A DNA stretch of 64,000 bases. Source: an uncultured Chloroflexia bacterium (GTDB taxonomy: Bacteria > Chloroflexota > Anaerolineae > Anaerolineales > UBA4823). The notes beneath the pieces are model-generated. The model saw nothing but the letters and a program-made list of their open reading frames with translations, did not search any database and was not told the DNA's origin. Both the position numbers and the translations under genes were made by a program. Below, in pieces: positions 18,274 through 28,002 of the stretch (positions are counted from its first letter, which is position 1; each line of letters begins with the position of its first letter). Location: assembly GCA_963842455.1 (NCBI GenBank), contig CAWJHE010000005.1, positions 21,909 through 85,908 on the forward strand. Direction: 5' to 3'.

Positions 18274-20019
18274 TCAACGCGCCCCTTTACGACCAAATTG
18301 CCGTTCCAATAGATCTACAGATAAATGAATCATGGTAGGTCTTCCGTGCGGACAAGTGCGCGGGGATTGGCATGCTTCGAGATCCTGGACTAAGGTTCTT
18401 TGTTCTTCAGCTGAGAGGGTCTTGCCTGCTTTCACTGCTGCACGTTTGCAAATTCTAGCAATGACTCGTGATTCGACCTCTGCCTGGAAGGGAGTTTCGT
18501 CTTCTTCGAAATCCTCTACCAGAACTCGCAAGGCATCCTCAGGTCTAATATCTGCCAGCAGTGAAGGGATTGCCCGGATTAGAAAAGTATGTGGCCCAAA
18601 ATTTTCTACTTCAAAACCAAGCTTTTCCAGGATTGGCAATTGCTCAGAGATCAGGCGTGCATGAGAGGGGGGTAAATCTACAGTTACAGGTTCCAACAAG
18701 TGTTGGGCTGACATGCTTGCATTTTTTTGTTTGATGAAGCGTTCAAACAGTATCCGCTCATGGGCTGCGTGTTGGTCGATCAGGTATATCCCATCTGGAC
18801 CTTCGGCCACCAGGTAGGCGCTGGCAATCTGACCTACGGGTCGTAACAGAGGAACGCGTTGCTCTGGTAAACCTGGTTGCCTTGTTGTGTTGGGCTCGGT
18901 TTGTTGATTTTGTGCTGGAAAATTCGCATCAATCTGTTCGGTCTTTTCCCAAGATTGTGAAAAAGGTTCCTGTTTAGGGGAGAAATTGTTGGGCGACTGC
19001 CAGGAATAACTGGACGATAAATTCGCTACCGGATTATAGGCCAGGAGCGCTTTCCGGACAGCATTTTGTACGCCCAAAAAGACGTGGTCAGATTGACGGA
19101 AACGGACTTCTGCTTTTGTGGGGTGCACATTTACATCTACGGCCTCGGGAGGCATTTCTAAAAATAAAATACCCAAGGGAAAACGTCCAACCATTAGAAG
19201 GGTGTGGTAGCCTTTTAGAAAAGCAGAGATCAAGGTGGGGTCTTGTACCGGGCGACCGTTCACAAAAAATGTGATCTCTCTGCGATTTGAACGCGAGATT
19301 GTCGTAGGGCTGATGTACCCATGAATACGGATCTCGCGATCTGAGGATATGACTTCGAGCATTTGCCTGGCTATATCTGCTCCGTAGAGGACAGCCAGGA
19401 TTTCTCGCCGGTCGCCGTTTCCACTGGTCTGTAAGGCCAACCGGTTTTCCTGGCGAAGCTGGAAACGTACATTTGGATAGGCTAATGCATAGCGAGTGAC
19501 TAGCGCGTCAATTTGGCGTCGTTCGGTAGTATCTTGTTTAAGAAATTTTAAACGCGCGGGGACATTAAAAAACAGATTTTCCACCCGAACAAGGGTACCG
19601 GGTGGCGCCCCAATTGTTTGAACAGGCGATGCAAATCCGGTTTCAACCTGCAACCGGTAACCCATCTCTTCATGTGGAGTTCTTGATGTCATGCTGAAGC
19701 GAGATACCGAGCCGATAGAAGCAAGGGCTTCGCCGCGGAAGCCGAGCGTGGCGATTTGAAAAAGGTCTGAAGCGTTTTCCAGTTTACTGGTAGCATGGCG
19801 CTCTACTGCCAGTGATAATTCATCACCAGGAATACCGCTGCCATCGTCAAAAACTTCGATCAGCTTTTTGCCAGCTTCTTCAATTTGGATAGAGATCGAT
19901 TTAGCGCCAGCATCCAAAGCGTTTTCAATCAGCTCTTTAACTACCGAAGCCGGGCGCTCAATGACTTCACCTGCAGCAATTTGTGAAGCGACCTCCGATG
20001 GAAGAATGTGAATAGCCAT
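18274..20019 (-). CDS. mutL: DNA mismatch repair endonuclease MutL
   Basis: IAAGEVIERPASVVKELIENALDAG, GFRGEAL, DQHAAHER, CPHGRP. Start trimmed to MAIHILP (20019). Confidence 0.96.
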   Translation of the reverse strand: MAIHILPSEVASQIAAGEVIERPASVVKELIENALDAGAKSISIQIEEAGKKLIEVFDDGSGIPGDELSLAVERHATSKLENASDLFQIATLGFRGEALASIGSVSRFSMTSRTPHEEMGYRLQVETGFASPVQTIGAPPGTLVRVENLFFNVPARLKFLKQDTTERRQIDALVTRYALAYPNVRFQLRQENRLALQTSGNGDRREILAVLYGADIARQMLEVISSDREIRIHGYISPTTISRSNRREITFFVNGRPVQDPTLISAFLKGYHTLLMVGRFPLGILFLEMPPEAVDVNVHPTKAEVRFRQSDHVFLGVQNAVRKALLAYNPVANLSSSYSWQSPNNFSPKQEPFSQSWEKTEQIDANFPAQNQQTEPNTTRQPGLPEQRVPLLRPVGQIASAYLVAEGPDGIYLIDQHAAHERILFERFIKQKNASMSAQHLLEPVTVDLPPSHARLISEQLPILEKLGFEVENFGPHTFLIRAIPSLLADIRPEDALRVLVEDFEEDETPFQAEVESRVIARICKRAAVKAGKTLSAEEQRTLVQDLEACQSPRTCPHGRPTMIHLSVDLLERQFGRKGAR

Positions 20020-20124
20020 GCCTGTATTATACGTGAATAATTGGGAGAGGATGCGAGAAACGTTCAGAGCAATCCTCGAAAGGATATCTGTTATACGGAG
20101 GCTAATGCCTTTATAATAGCTGAT

Positions 20125-20778
20125 ATGGAATACACAACGATTTTCTTTGATTTGGATGACACGCTTTACGATAGTCGAACAGGTCTTTGGGACGAGATCC
20201 GTAAGCGAATGAGTTCTTATATGCAAGAACTTCTGGGATTGCCTTGGGATGAGATTGGTGAATTACGCCAAAAATATTATCAAGCGTATGGGACCACTTT
20301 ACGCGGCTTACAAAGGCACCATCAAGTGGATGCAGATGAGTTCTTGGCTTATGTACATGATATCCCCTTGGATCAATACTTGGAACCCAATCCGAATGTC
20401 CGCAATCTCTTAAAAGAACTTCCTCAGAAAAAATGGGTGTTTACCAATGCCGACGCCAACCATGCAAGCAGGGTTCTAGCTCGTTTGGAGTTGATGGATT
20501 GTTTTGACGGCATTGTGGACTTGCGCGCGATGCAGTTTGCCTGTAAACCAGAAAGAACCGCCTATGAACGCGCTCTGGTATTGGCAGGTAATCCTCTGCC
20601 TGAGGCTTGCATCATGTTGGATGATGCGCTGGTGAATTTAGAGGCTGCCAATGACATTGGATTTACCACCATTTGGGTAACACAGAATGGTGATCACAAT
20701 TCTGTGGCAAAACATACTATCTCTAACATACTACAACTTTGCGAAGTCGTGCCTGAATTATGTCAAGCGAATAAATGA
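20125..20778 (+). CDS. HAD-family pyrimidine 5'-nucleotidase-like phosphatase
   Basis: FFDLDDTLY, YGTTLRGL, FTNA, CKP, DD motif. ATG 20125 follows TATAAT by 7 nt. Confidence 0.85.
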   Translation: MEYTTIFFDLDDTLYDSRTGLWDEIRKRMSSYMQELLGLPWDEIGELRQKYYQAYGTTLRGLQRHHQVDADEFLAYVHDIPLDQYLEPNPNVRNLLKELPQKKWVFTNADANHASRVLARLELMDCFDGIVDLRAMQFACKPERTAYERALVLAGNPLPEACIMLDDALVNLEAANDIGFTTIWVTQNGDHNSVAKHTISNILQLCEVVPELCQANK

Positions 20779-20788
20779 TGGTTATTTT

Positions 20789-21052
20789 ATGGACTATTCA
20801 AAAGCTTTTCTAGTTGTCTTTGTGACTATCTTGATTGTAATCGTCATCAATGCTGCGATTTATGCCAGTGTTACACGCAAGAATTCCGTGGGCCAAATTG
20901 AGTTGCTACGCAAGGCAGCCAGCCGGGCAAAGGATCCCTGGCAGCCAGAGAATGAGAATCTGTCCGAGTTATCTCGCTTGGTGAAAAATTTACAGGAAAA
21001 AAAGCTGGAATCCGAGGAACATCCGTCGGTAGAGGACCAAGAGAATGCCTGA
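20789..21052 (+). CDS. Small hypothetical single-pass membrane protein
   Basis: N-terminal TM helix plus helical tail; fills the gap in a tight operon and overlaps the next start. Confidence 0.7.
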   Translation: MDYSKAFLVVFVTILIVIVINAAIYASVTRKNSVGQIELLRKAASRAKDPWQPENENLSELSRLVKNLQEKKLESEEHPSVEDQENA

Positions 21053-21872
21053 TTCTGACCACCTGTCGAAACTGATCTCTATCGAACAAGCAGTTGAGCA
21101 AATCCCATCGGATTGTATACTGGCTCTGGGCGGTAATACCTTGTACCGTAGACCGGTTGCTTTTGTGCGTGCTTTGTTAAAGAGGTATGTTCAAACGGGA
21201 CAACCGAGCGGATTAACTTTATTGGCGTTCACTGCTGGTTTTGAGTCTGATTTGCTGGTGGGTTCTGGAATGGTCTCAAGAGTCAGAACATGCTATTTCG
21301 GGTTGGAGATATTTGGACTTGCTCCTATGTATACATACCTGGCAAATCAAGGCCAAATAGAAGTCATGGAGGAGACAGAGGCGAGCCTGGCATTTGGTCT
21401 GCGTGCGCAAATGGCCGGAATAGGTTTCATGCCGGGCAGGGGATGGATTGGGACTGATTTACCCATGCTCAGGGAGGATGTAAAGACCATCACAGACCCG
21501 TATTCTGGAGAAAGACTGATGGCATTTCCAGCTATCAAACCGGATGTGGCTGTCGTACATGCTCTCAAAGCGGATTGGGATGGAAATGCTTTGATTGGCG
21601 CTAATCGAGGTGTGGATGAAGAATTAGCCCTCACTGCCAGCCAGGTATTTGTTACAGCAGAAGAGATCGTTCCTCAATTGGAAAAAGTGGACTTGATAGG
21701 TCCTTTGGTGCGTGGTGTGATAAAAAGCGTGCGTGGAGCTTCCCCGACCTCATGCCATCCCTTGTATCCAATGGATGGTCGTGCGATTTTGGATTATGCA
21801 AGCAAGGTCAATGACCCATCTTCATATAAGCAATTCATCGAAGATTGGTTAACCAGTAATTACCCTCGTTAA
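21045..21872 (+). CDS. Family I CoA-transferase alpha subunit (glutaconate CoA-transferase A-like)
   Basis: LALGG, LRAQMAGIGFMP, GTDL, DPYSGE, PAIKPDVAVVHA, DWDGNA, TAEEIV, GASPTSC. Confidence 0.85.
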   Translation: MPDSDHLSKLISIEQAVEQIPSDCILALGGNTLYRRPVAFVRALLKRYVQTGQPSGLTLLAFTAGFESDLLVGSGMVSRVRTCYFGLEIFGLAPMYTYLANQGQIEVMEETEASLAFGLRAQMAGIGFMPGRGWIGTDLPMLREDVKTITDPYSGERLMAFPAIKPDVAVVHALKADWDGNALIGANRGVDEELALTASQVFVTAEEIVPQLEKVDLIGPLVRGVIKSVRGASPTSCHPLYPMDGRAILDYASKVNDPSSYKQFIEDWLTSNYPR

Positions 21873-21897
21873 TATCCCTCCGTTTTTTAAGGTAGAC

Positions 21898-22608
21898 ATG
21901 CCCTTTAAATTTTTTGATCGTTTGATGGCTTTATTTGTGACGGTCTTGTTGGTGAGCAATATCGCTTCATCAGCTAAGATTGTCGATTGGGGGTTTTCAC
22001 TTTTTGGAGTTCCTTTAGCATTTGACGCAGGAACTCTGTTGTTCCCGGTAAGCTATATTTTTGGGGACGTTTTAACGGAGGTGTATGGGTACCGTTATAG
22101 CCGGCGTGTGATTTGGACGGGTTTTTTCTGTGCATTGGTGATGAGTGTTACCCTTTGGCTGGTTGGGAGAATGCCAGGGGAAACTTATTGGCAAGGCAAT
22201 ATTGGACAGGCACAATACGATGCAATCCTTGGGGGAGTTAGCTCTGGCGCAATTGTTATAGCTAGCCTGGCAGCATATTGGGCTGGTGAATTTTCTAACT
22301 CCTATGTTTTAGCCAGGCTAAAAATTGCAACTGCGGGTCGTTGGCTTTGGTTGCGGACGATTGGCAGTACATTGATCGGGCAAGGAATAGATACGTTTCT
22401 ATTTGTTTCCCTGGCCATGCTGCTGAAAGTGCCGGGATTTATCCCGGAAATCTGGTTGACTCTGATCTTGACCAATTATTTATTCAAAGTGGGTGTGGAG
22501 GGGTTAATGACCCCGGTTACTTACCGTGTTGTAAATTTTCTTAAACGGGTTGAGAATGTGGACTATTTTGATTATGATACCGACTTCAATCCATTTCGCA
22601 TTCGGTAA
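21898..22608 (+). CDS. Queuosine precursor transporter (YhhQ/COG1738 family)
   Basis: SNIASSAK, FPVSYIFGDVLTEVYG, WLRTIGSTLIGQGIDT, DFNPF C-terminus. Confidence 0.9.
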   Translation: MPFKFFDRLMALFVTVLLVSNIASSAKIVDWGFSLFGVPLAFDAGTLLFPVSYIFGDVLTEVYGYRYSRRVIWTGFFCALVMSVTLWLVGRMPGETYWQGNIGQAQYDAILGGVSSGAIVIASLAAYWAGEFSNSYVLARLKIATAGRWLWLRTIGSTLIGQGIDTFLFVSLAMLLKVPGFIPEIWLTLILTNYLFKVGVEGLMTPVTYRVVNFLKRVENVDYFDYDTDFNPFRIR

Positions 22609-22760
22609 TAGAGGCTGTCGCCAATATTGACAGAAAACTTGTAGAATATTTATCTTCCTCTAACCAAAATATGATAACCTCATAACAACAATTAGTTTAA
22701 GTGGCTATAAATCCTCAAGGGATGTTTCCCTCTGCTTGTATTTTTGGTTAGGAGTTGAGT

Positions 22761-24023
22761 ATGAATTCGAAACCTGTTTTGGTTTTTATCAGTGTTTTTG
22801 TGGTTTTAGGATTGATTGCTGGTGCATGTTCTGCTGGCTTTATGGTGGGCAGATCTTCCGCGGGGAATTCATCTGCCTTGACCAGTTTCCCATTTATTCC
22901 TGGCCAGAATGCATCTCCCAGTGTCACCGTAGAAGCGCCTGATGAGCTTGCTGGACAAGATTTGGATGAATTGTTTGTCCCTTTCTGGCAAACTTGGAGC
23001 CTGGTAGAACAGGAGTATGTTGATCAGCCAGTTGATCGGGATGCGATGATGCGCGGGGCAATTCGCGGCATGTTGGATTCACTGGGTGATGAACATACCT
23101 CATATTTAGACCCAGAAATGTTCGAGCGGGCAAATGCCCAACTTGAAGGGGAAGAGTATGAGGGTATTGGAGCTTGGGTGGATACAACCGGAGATTATCT
23201 AACCATTGTCAGCCCCATGCCGAACTCGCCTGCAGAAAAAGCCGGGTTAAGACCGAACGATAAAATCATCGCTGTTGATGGCGAAGATATGACTGGTATT
23301 GACGGGGAACTGGTGCGTCAAAGAGTCATTGGTCCAAAAGGTTCAAGCGTTCGATTAACCATTTTGCGTGAGGGTGAAGAACCTTTTGATGTTGAGGTAC
23401 AGCGTGCGGGTATTATTGTACCGACAGTAGATAGCAAAATTCTGGATGGAAATATTGCCTATGTTGAACTTTTTACTTTTGGCGCGGATACAGCCAGGGA
23501 TTTACGCGAGACATTAAAGGAATTAATGGCTGAGAATCCTCGTGGTTTGATCCTGGATTTACGCAACAACGGCGGTGGATATTTAGACACAGCGATCGAA
23601 GTTGTTTCGGAATTTGTGCCTGAAGGAATTGTCATGTATGAAGAGTATGGTGACGGACGTAAAATAGCGTATGAAGCTAGTAAAGGCGGGCTGGCAACGA
23701 AAATTCCATTAGTGGTGCTCATAAATGAGGGCAGTGCATCCGCTTCGGAAATTGTTGCCGGCGCTATTCAGGATCTTGGAAGGGGATTGTTGGTTGGCAA
23801 TACTTCCTTCGGAAAAGGTTCTGTACAGAGTTATACTCCGCTTCAGAATGACCAGGGTGCAGTTAGAGTGACAATTGCTCGCTGGCTCACCCCTGATGAA
23901 CGACAGATCCATGGTTTGGGATTAGAGCCCGATTATAAGGTTGAATTTACTCCTGAAGATATGACTGCAGGAATAGACCCTCAACTGGAAAAAGCTCTTG
24001 AGCTTTTATCGGCTAGCCAGTAA
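22761..24023 (+). CDS. ctpA: S41 carboxyl-terminal processing protease (PDZ + S41)
   Basis: GIGA PDZ loop, LDLRNNGGG, SASASEIVAGA, SFGKGSVQ. N-terminal signal with a possible lipobox. Confidence 0.92.
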   Translation: MNSKPVLVFISVFVVLGLIAGACSAGFMVGRSSAGNSSALTSFPFIPGQNASPSVTVEAPDELAGQDLDELFVPFWQTWSLVEQEYVDQPVDRDAMMRGAIRGMLDSLGDEHTSYLDPEMFERANAQLEGEEYEGIGAWVDTTGDYLTIVSPMPNSPAEKAGLRPNDKIIAVDGEDMTGIDGELVRQRVIGPKGSSVRLTILREGEEPFDVEVQRAGIIVPTVDSKILDGNIAYVELFTFGADTARDLRETLKELMAENPRGLILDLRNNGGGYLDTAIEVVSEFVPEGIVMYEEYGDGRKIAYEASKGGLATKIPLVVLINEGSASASEIVAGAIQDLGRGLLVGNTSFGKGSVQSYTPLQNDQGAVRVTIARWLTPDERQIHGLGLEPDYKVEFTPEDMTAGIDPQLEKALELLSASQ

Positions 24024-24053
24024 TCGGGAAGGTTTTGTTGATTTCGGAGGTGA

Positions 24054-24758
24054 ATGATGATGTTCTTTGATCCAAGATATTTGTTATTTATGGCGCCGGC
24101 CATAATCTTAATGATGGTTGTTCAGTGGTATGTAAAATCTGCTTATAGTCGTTGGAGCAAAGTACCGGCTCGTAGCCGGATGAGTGGCGCACAGGCTGCC
24201 CAACGCTTGATTCAGAGGGCTGGTTTAGTTGGTGTGCGCATTGAAGGCGTTCATGGAAATCTTACAGATCATTATGACCCGCGTGATAAAGTATTACGCC
24301 TCTCGGCTGGTGTTTACCAGGGATCATCTGTAGCGTCTTTGGCGATTGCAGCTCATGAGCTAGGGCATGCTTTGCAGGATCAGGAGAGTTATTTTCCTTT
24401 ACGCTTAAGATCTGCGTTAGTACCAGCGGTCAACATTGGCTCATACCTGGGTTGGATATTAATTGTCCTTGGGATGGTTCTGAACTTCGTGAACCTGGCC
24501 TGGCTGGGTGTGATTGTCTTCTCTGGGGGTGCGGTGTTCGCTCTGGCTACTTTACCGGTTGAATTCAATGCTTCGGCTCGTGCGAAACAGTTGCTTTCCG
24601 ATACCGGCATTATTATGGGGGAAGAAGAGATGCAAGGTGTAAATAAGGTCTTGAATGCAGCAGCCTTGACCTACGTGGCAGCTTTGGTAACGGCTGTGAT
24701 GCAATTGCTTTATTGGGTGACGATTGTCTTGGGTATGGGTGGTAGACAACGCGACTAA
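24054..24758 (+). CDS. Membrane zinc metallopeptidase (YugP-like)
   Basis: LTDHYDP, AAHELGHALQ, TLPVEFNAS, AAALTYVAA. Confidence 0.9.
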   Translation: MMMFFDPRYLLFMAPAIILMMVVQWYVKSAYSRWSKVPARSRMSGAQAAQRLIQRAGLVGVRIEGVHGNLTDHYDPRDKVLRLSAGVYQGSSVASLAIAAHELGHALQDQESYFPLRLRSALVPAVNIGSYLGWILIVLGMVLNFVNLAWLGVIVFSGGAVFALATLPVEFNASARAKQLLSDTGIIMGEEEMQGVNKVLNAAALTYVAALVTAVMQLLYWVTIVLGMGGRQRD

Positions 24759-24785
24759 TTGTTTGGATTTCATGTATTAATCTTG

Positions 24786-24822
24786 ACCCCATAGCCTTTA
24801 CTTGATGCTATGGGGTTTCTTT
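24786..24822 (+). terminator. Intrinsic terminator
   Basis: ACCCCATAGC-N11-GCTATGGGGT followed by TTCTTT. Confidence 0.75.
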
Positions 24823-24841
24823 ATCCGTTATAATCCTATGA

Positions 24842-25858
24842 ATGAGAAACATCCTTTTCTTCACTCTCTTTATCTTTGGTCTTTTCTTCATTTTTCTGAA
24901 CTTTTCTGAGGTGGAAGATATTCTTGATACGCTCTCCAGGGGGGATTGGCGTTATCTCCTCCTGGCGGTTTTCATCCAATTTGTCTGGATGCTGAATGTA
25001 GCTTTATCCTATTATTTTGTTTATAAAGCTCTAGAATTGAAAGAAAATTTTCTACAATTATTGCTGTTGGTGGGTTCGGCTTTCTTCCTCAATGTGATTG
25101 CTCCAACTGGTGGAATGGGAGGAATTGCTGTTTTTGTTTCCGAAGCCCAAAAGAAGGGCTATTCCTCGGCGAGGGTGGCTATAGCAGGTGTGTTGGTCGT
25201 TCTTCTAGATTACTTTGCTTTTATTGCTGTTTTAGTGCTGGGGCTTGTAGTTCTTTTTCGGAGGAACAATCTTGATATTGTGGAATTGTCGGCTTCAGGC
25301 GTGCTATTCCTGGTAGCGGGAGTTCTTACTCTTCTTTTGTATTTAGGGATGAAATCAGCGAATGAGATGGGCAGGGTGTTAGCCTGGTTAGCGAGACTTG
25401 TCAATAAAGTTACATATCCTTTCATAAAACGGCAGTATTTATCTGAGGAGCGTGCCTATGTTTTTGCAGGCGATGCATCTTTGGGGCTGCAACGTTTACG
25501 AAACTCGCCGGGTAAACTGGTCCTTCCGATATTATTGGGATTGAGTAACAAAGCCTTATTAATCACCATTCTCTTCATCATGTTTTTGGCATTCCAAGTG
25601 CCTCTTTCTCCAGGAACTTTAATTGCAGGTTTTAGTATCGGTTACCTTTTTTTTATTGTCTCACCCACGCCAGCAGGTATTGGATTTGTTGAGGGAGCAT
25701 TAACCCTGGGTCTGAATTCATTGGCTGTGCCTTTAGGACGAGCAACCATTATTGCCCTCGCTTTCCGAGGAATTACCTTTTGGATCCCCTTGTTTTTTGG
25801 CATGATTGCATTTCGAATCGTATCAAAAAAAATAGCGATCGCGCCGTCTGTTTTGTGA
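24842..25858 (+). CDS. Lysylphosphatidylglycerol synthase TM-domain / flippase-like protein
   Basis: Polytopic; PTGGMGG, SPTPAGIGFVEG, FRGITFWIP. Confidence 0.85.
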   Translation: MRNILFFTLFIFGLFFIFLNFSEVEDILDTLSRGDWRYLLLAVFIQFVWMLNVALSYYFVYKALELKENFLQLLLLVGSAFFLNVIAPTGGMGGIAVFVSEAQKKGYSSARVAIAGVLVVLLDYFAFIAVLVLGLVVLFRRNNLDIVELSASGVLFLVAGVLTLLLYLGMKSANEMGRVLAWLARLVNKVTYPFIKRQYLSEERAYVFAGDASLGLQRLRNSPGKLVLPILLGLSNKALLITILFIMFLAFQVPLSPGTLIAGFSIGYLFFIVSPTPAGIGFVEGALTLGLNSLAVPLGRATIIALAFRGITFWIPLFFGMIAFRIVSKKIAIAPSVL

Positions 25859-25891
25859 ATGGCTCCGAAGGTTAAATCGCCTTAAATGATC

Positions 25892-25920
25892 TTGACGCCG
25901 GAGCAAAGTGGATGTATTAT
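25892..25920 (+). promoter_or_regulatory. Sigma70-type promoter of the KimA-like/trkA operon
   Basis: TTGACG, 17 bp, TATTAT. Confidence 0.6.
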
Positions 25921-26020
25921 CGAGCACTTGGATTGATGATAGGCATCACAAAAGGGAACGGAGATAAAGTTAATATTTCGCAGTCCTGGTTGGTGCATCC
26001 ATAAGAAACGAGTTAGAAAA

Positions 26021-27964
26021 ATGATAAAGATTAAAGAAGAAAATGGCTCAAAAGTCATGGTTCGCCCGGCAGACAGTTTACCGCGCCGTTCCCTGGCGAC
26101 ATGGTTGATTGGCCGGCCGCTGCAGACCGCGGATGCCCCGCACCAGACGATTGGCAAGGCGGTTGGTTTGGCTGTTTTCGCATCCGATGCATTATCTTCT
26201 ACCGCTTATGCCACACAAGAGATTATGTTTATTTTGGCTGTAGCCGGATCGGGTGCATTTAGCTATGTATTTCCCATAGCTATTGCTATTGTTGCCCTGT
26301 TGGCAATAGTTTCTCTATCCTATGAACAAACCATTCATGCTTATCCTGGTGGGGGAGGAGCGTATATTGTAACCAGAGATAATCTTGGTGAATTTCCAGC
26401 TCAGACTGCAGGAGCCGCTTTACTAACTGATTATATACTAACCGTTGCAGTATCCATTTCGTCTGGTGTTGCCCAGCTTACATCTGCGTTCCCAGATCTG
26501 TACCCACAACGGGTATGGATTGCAGTAGGTTTAGTGTTCTTTATCATGTTCATCAATCTTCGGGGAGTAAAGGAATCGGGTGCATTTTTTGCAGTTCCTA
26601 CTTATCTGTTTATTGCTATTATGGCAACCACTGTTGGGACCGGAATATTCAGATATTTTACAGGGACATTAGGCACTGTTGTCAACCCACCCGAAATTGA
26701 ATCTTTGCATTTAGTTGGCGCCATTACGCCATTCTTGATTTTACATGCATTCTCTAGTGGTACTGCAGCTCTGACGGGAATTGAAGCAATCTCGGATGGC
26801 ATCACGGCGTTTAAAGAACCGCGTAGCCGTAACGCTGGCATCACGTTGATTTGGATGTCGGTGATTCTGGCGACCCTGTTCATGGGAATATCTTTCTTGG
26901 TTGCTCCAATTCATGCTGTACCTTCGGAAATGGAAACCATCGTTTCACAATTGGCTCGCACAGTCTTTCAAGGTGAAGGCTTGTTTTATCTAGCTACGAT
27001 GGGCTCAACAATGGTCATTTTAATTTTAGCAGCGAACACTTCTTTTGCGGATTTCCCACGCCTCAGTGCCTTGTTAGCCGCGGATGGTTACATTCCCAGG
27101 CAGTTTGCTTTTCGAGGTAGCCGGCTTGTCTTTTCCTACGGGATTGTTGCATTGGCAGTATTTGCTGCTATCTTAATAGTAATATTCCAAGCTAGTGTCA
27201 GTGCGTTGATACCGCTTTATGCAATTGGAGTGTTTTTCTCCTTCACACTCTCTCAAAGTGGAATGGCTTTGAGATGGAAGAAGATTGGAAAACTTCAACC
27301 CGGGGAAGAAATCAAGGAGCGTGGCTCTACATTACAACATGAAAAAAACTGGCGCATAAAAATGGTTATTAACAGTTTTGGAGCCTTATGTACCTTGGTC
27401 GTTATGTTTGTATTCGCTGTAACCAAATTTGTTGATGGCGCCTTTGTGGTCTTAATTGTAATGCCGCTATTGGTCGTAGTATTTTCCAGAATTCATCGTC
27501 ACTACCGCGATCTCGCTGGTCGCTTATCCCTAAACAATTTAGGTGAGCCGCTTAGAATTGGTCGTCATCGGGTGATTTTGACAGTAAGTGGAGTTCATCG
27601 CGGTTCCCTGACCGCTTTACATTATGCACAGGCATTATCTAGCGATGTCACCGCTGTGCATGTGTCTATCGATCCGGCAGAAACTGAAAGTCTACGGCGG
27701 AAATGGGACCGATGGGGAAATGGTGTTCGCCTGGTTGTGCTTGAATCTCCCTACAGGCTTTTGATTGAACCTTTATTGGAATACATTGAAGAAATATCTG
27801 ATATGCGCCAACCGGGAGAAATGATCACCATCGTTGTGCCTCAGTTTGTAACCAAGGGTTGGTTCACAAATATATTACACACACAAACAGCCTGGTGGCT
27901 AAGGTTGGCGCTATTATTCAAGAAGGATATTGTTATCACGGATGTACCCTATCAAGTAGAGTGA
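26021..27964 (+). CDS. APC-superfamily transporter, KimA/YdaO-like K+ importer
   Basis: FASDALSSTAYA, YPGGGGAY, DYILTVAVS, LTGIEAIS, C-terminal cytosolic domain with SPYR. Confidence 0.88.
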   Translation: MIKIKEENGSKVMVRPADSLPRRSLATWLIGRPLQTADAPHQTIGKAVGLAVFASDALSSTAYATQEIMFILAVAGSGAFSYVFPIAIAIVALLAIVSLSYEQTIHAYPGGGGAYIVTRDNLGEFPAQTAGAALLTDYILTVAVSISSGVAQLTSAFPDLYPQRVWIAVGLVFFIMFINLRGVKESGAFFAVPTYLFIAIMATTVGTGIFRYFTGTLGTVVNPPEIESLHLVGAITPFLILHAFSSGTAALTGIEAISDGITAFKEPRSRNAGITLIWMSVILATLFMGISFLVAPIHAVPSEMETIVSQLARTVFQGEGLFYLATMGSTMVILILAANTSFADFPRLSALLAADGYIPRQFAFRGSRLVFSYGIVALAVFAAILIVIFQASVSALIPLYAIGVFFSFTLSQSGMALRWKKIGKLQPGEEIKERGSTLQHEKNWRIKMVINSFGALCTLVVMFVFAVTKFVDGAFVVLIVMPLLVVVFSRIHRHYRDLAGRLSLNNLGEPLRIGRHRVILTVSGVHRGSLTALHYAQALSSDVTAVHVSIDPAETESLRRKWDRWGNGVRLVVLESPYRLLIEPLLEYIEEISDMRQPGEMITIVVPQFVTKGWFTNILHTQTAWWLRLALLFKKDIVITDVPYQVE

Positions 27965-28002
27965 TCGGTCGGACCTTCTAGTGTCGATTTGGAGGAAAGA
28001 AT

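Noticed and set aside
20020-20226. Overlapping N-terminal extensions of mutL and the HAD gene
   Set aside because: Family homology begins at 20019 and 20125, and -10 boxes support those starts.
21873-21897. preQ1 riboswitch before the YhhQ-family gene
   Set aside because: Only 25 nt of intergenic sequence and no preQ1 consensus.
15903-22608. Elp3, tilS and the Q-precursor transporter as a wobble-modification island
   Set aside because: They are separated by unrelated genes and lie in different transcription units; likely coincidence.
25921-26020. c-di-AMP (ydaO) riboswitch before the KimA-like gene
   Set aside because: The leader is too short and lacks the GCUGAAUCC and G-rich conserved elements.
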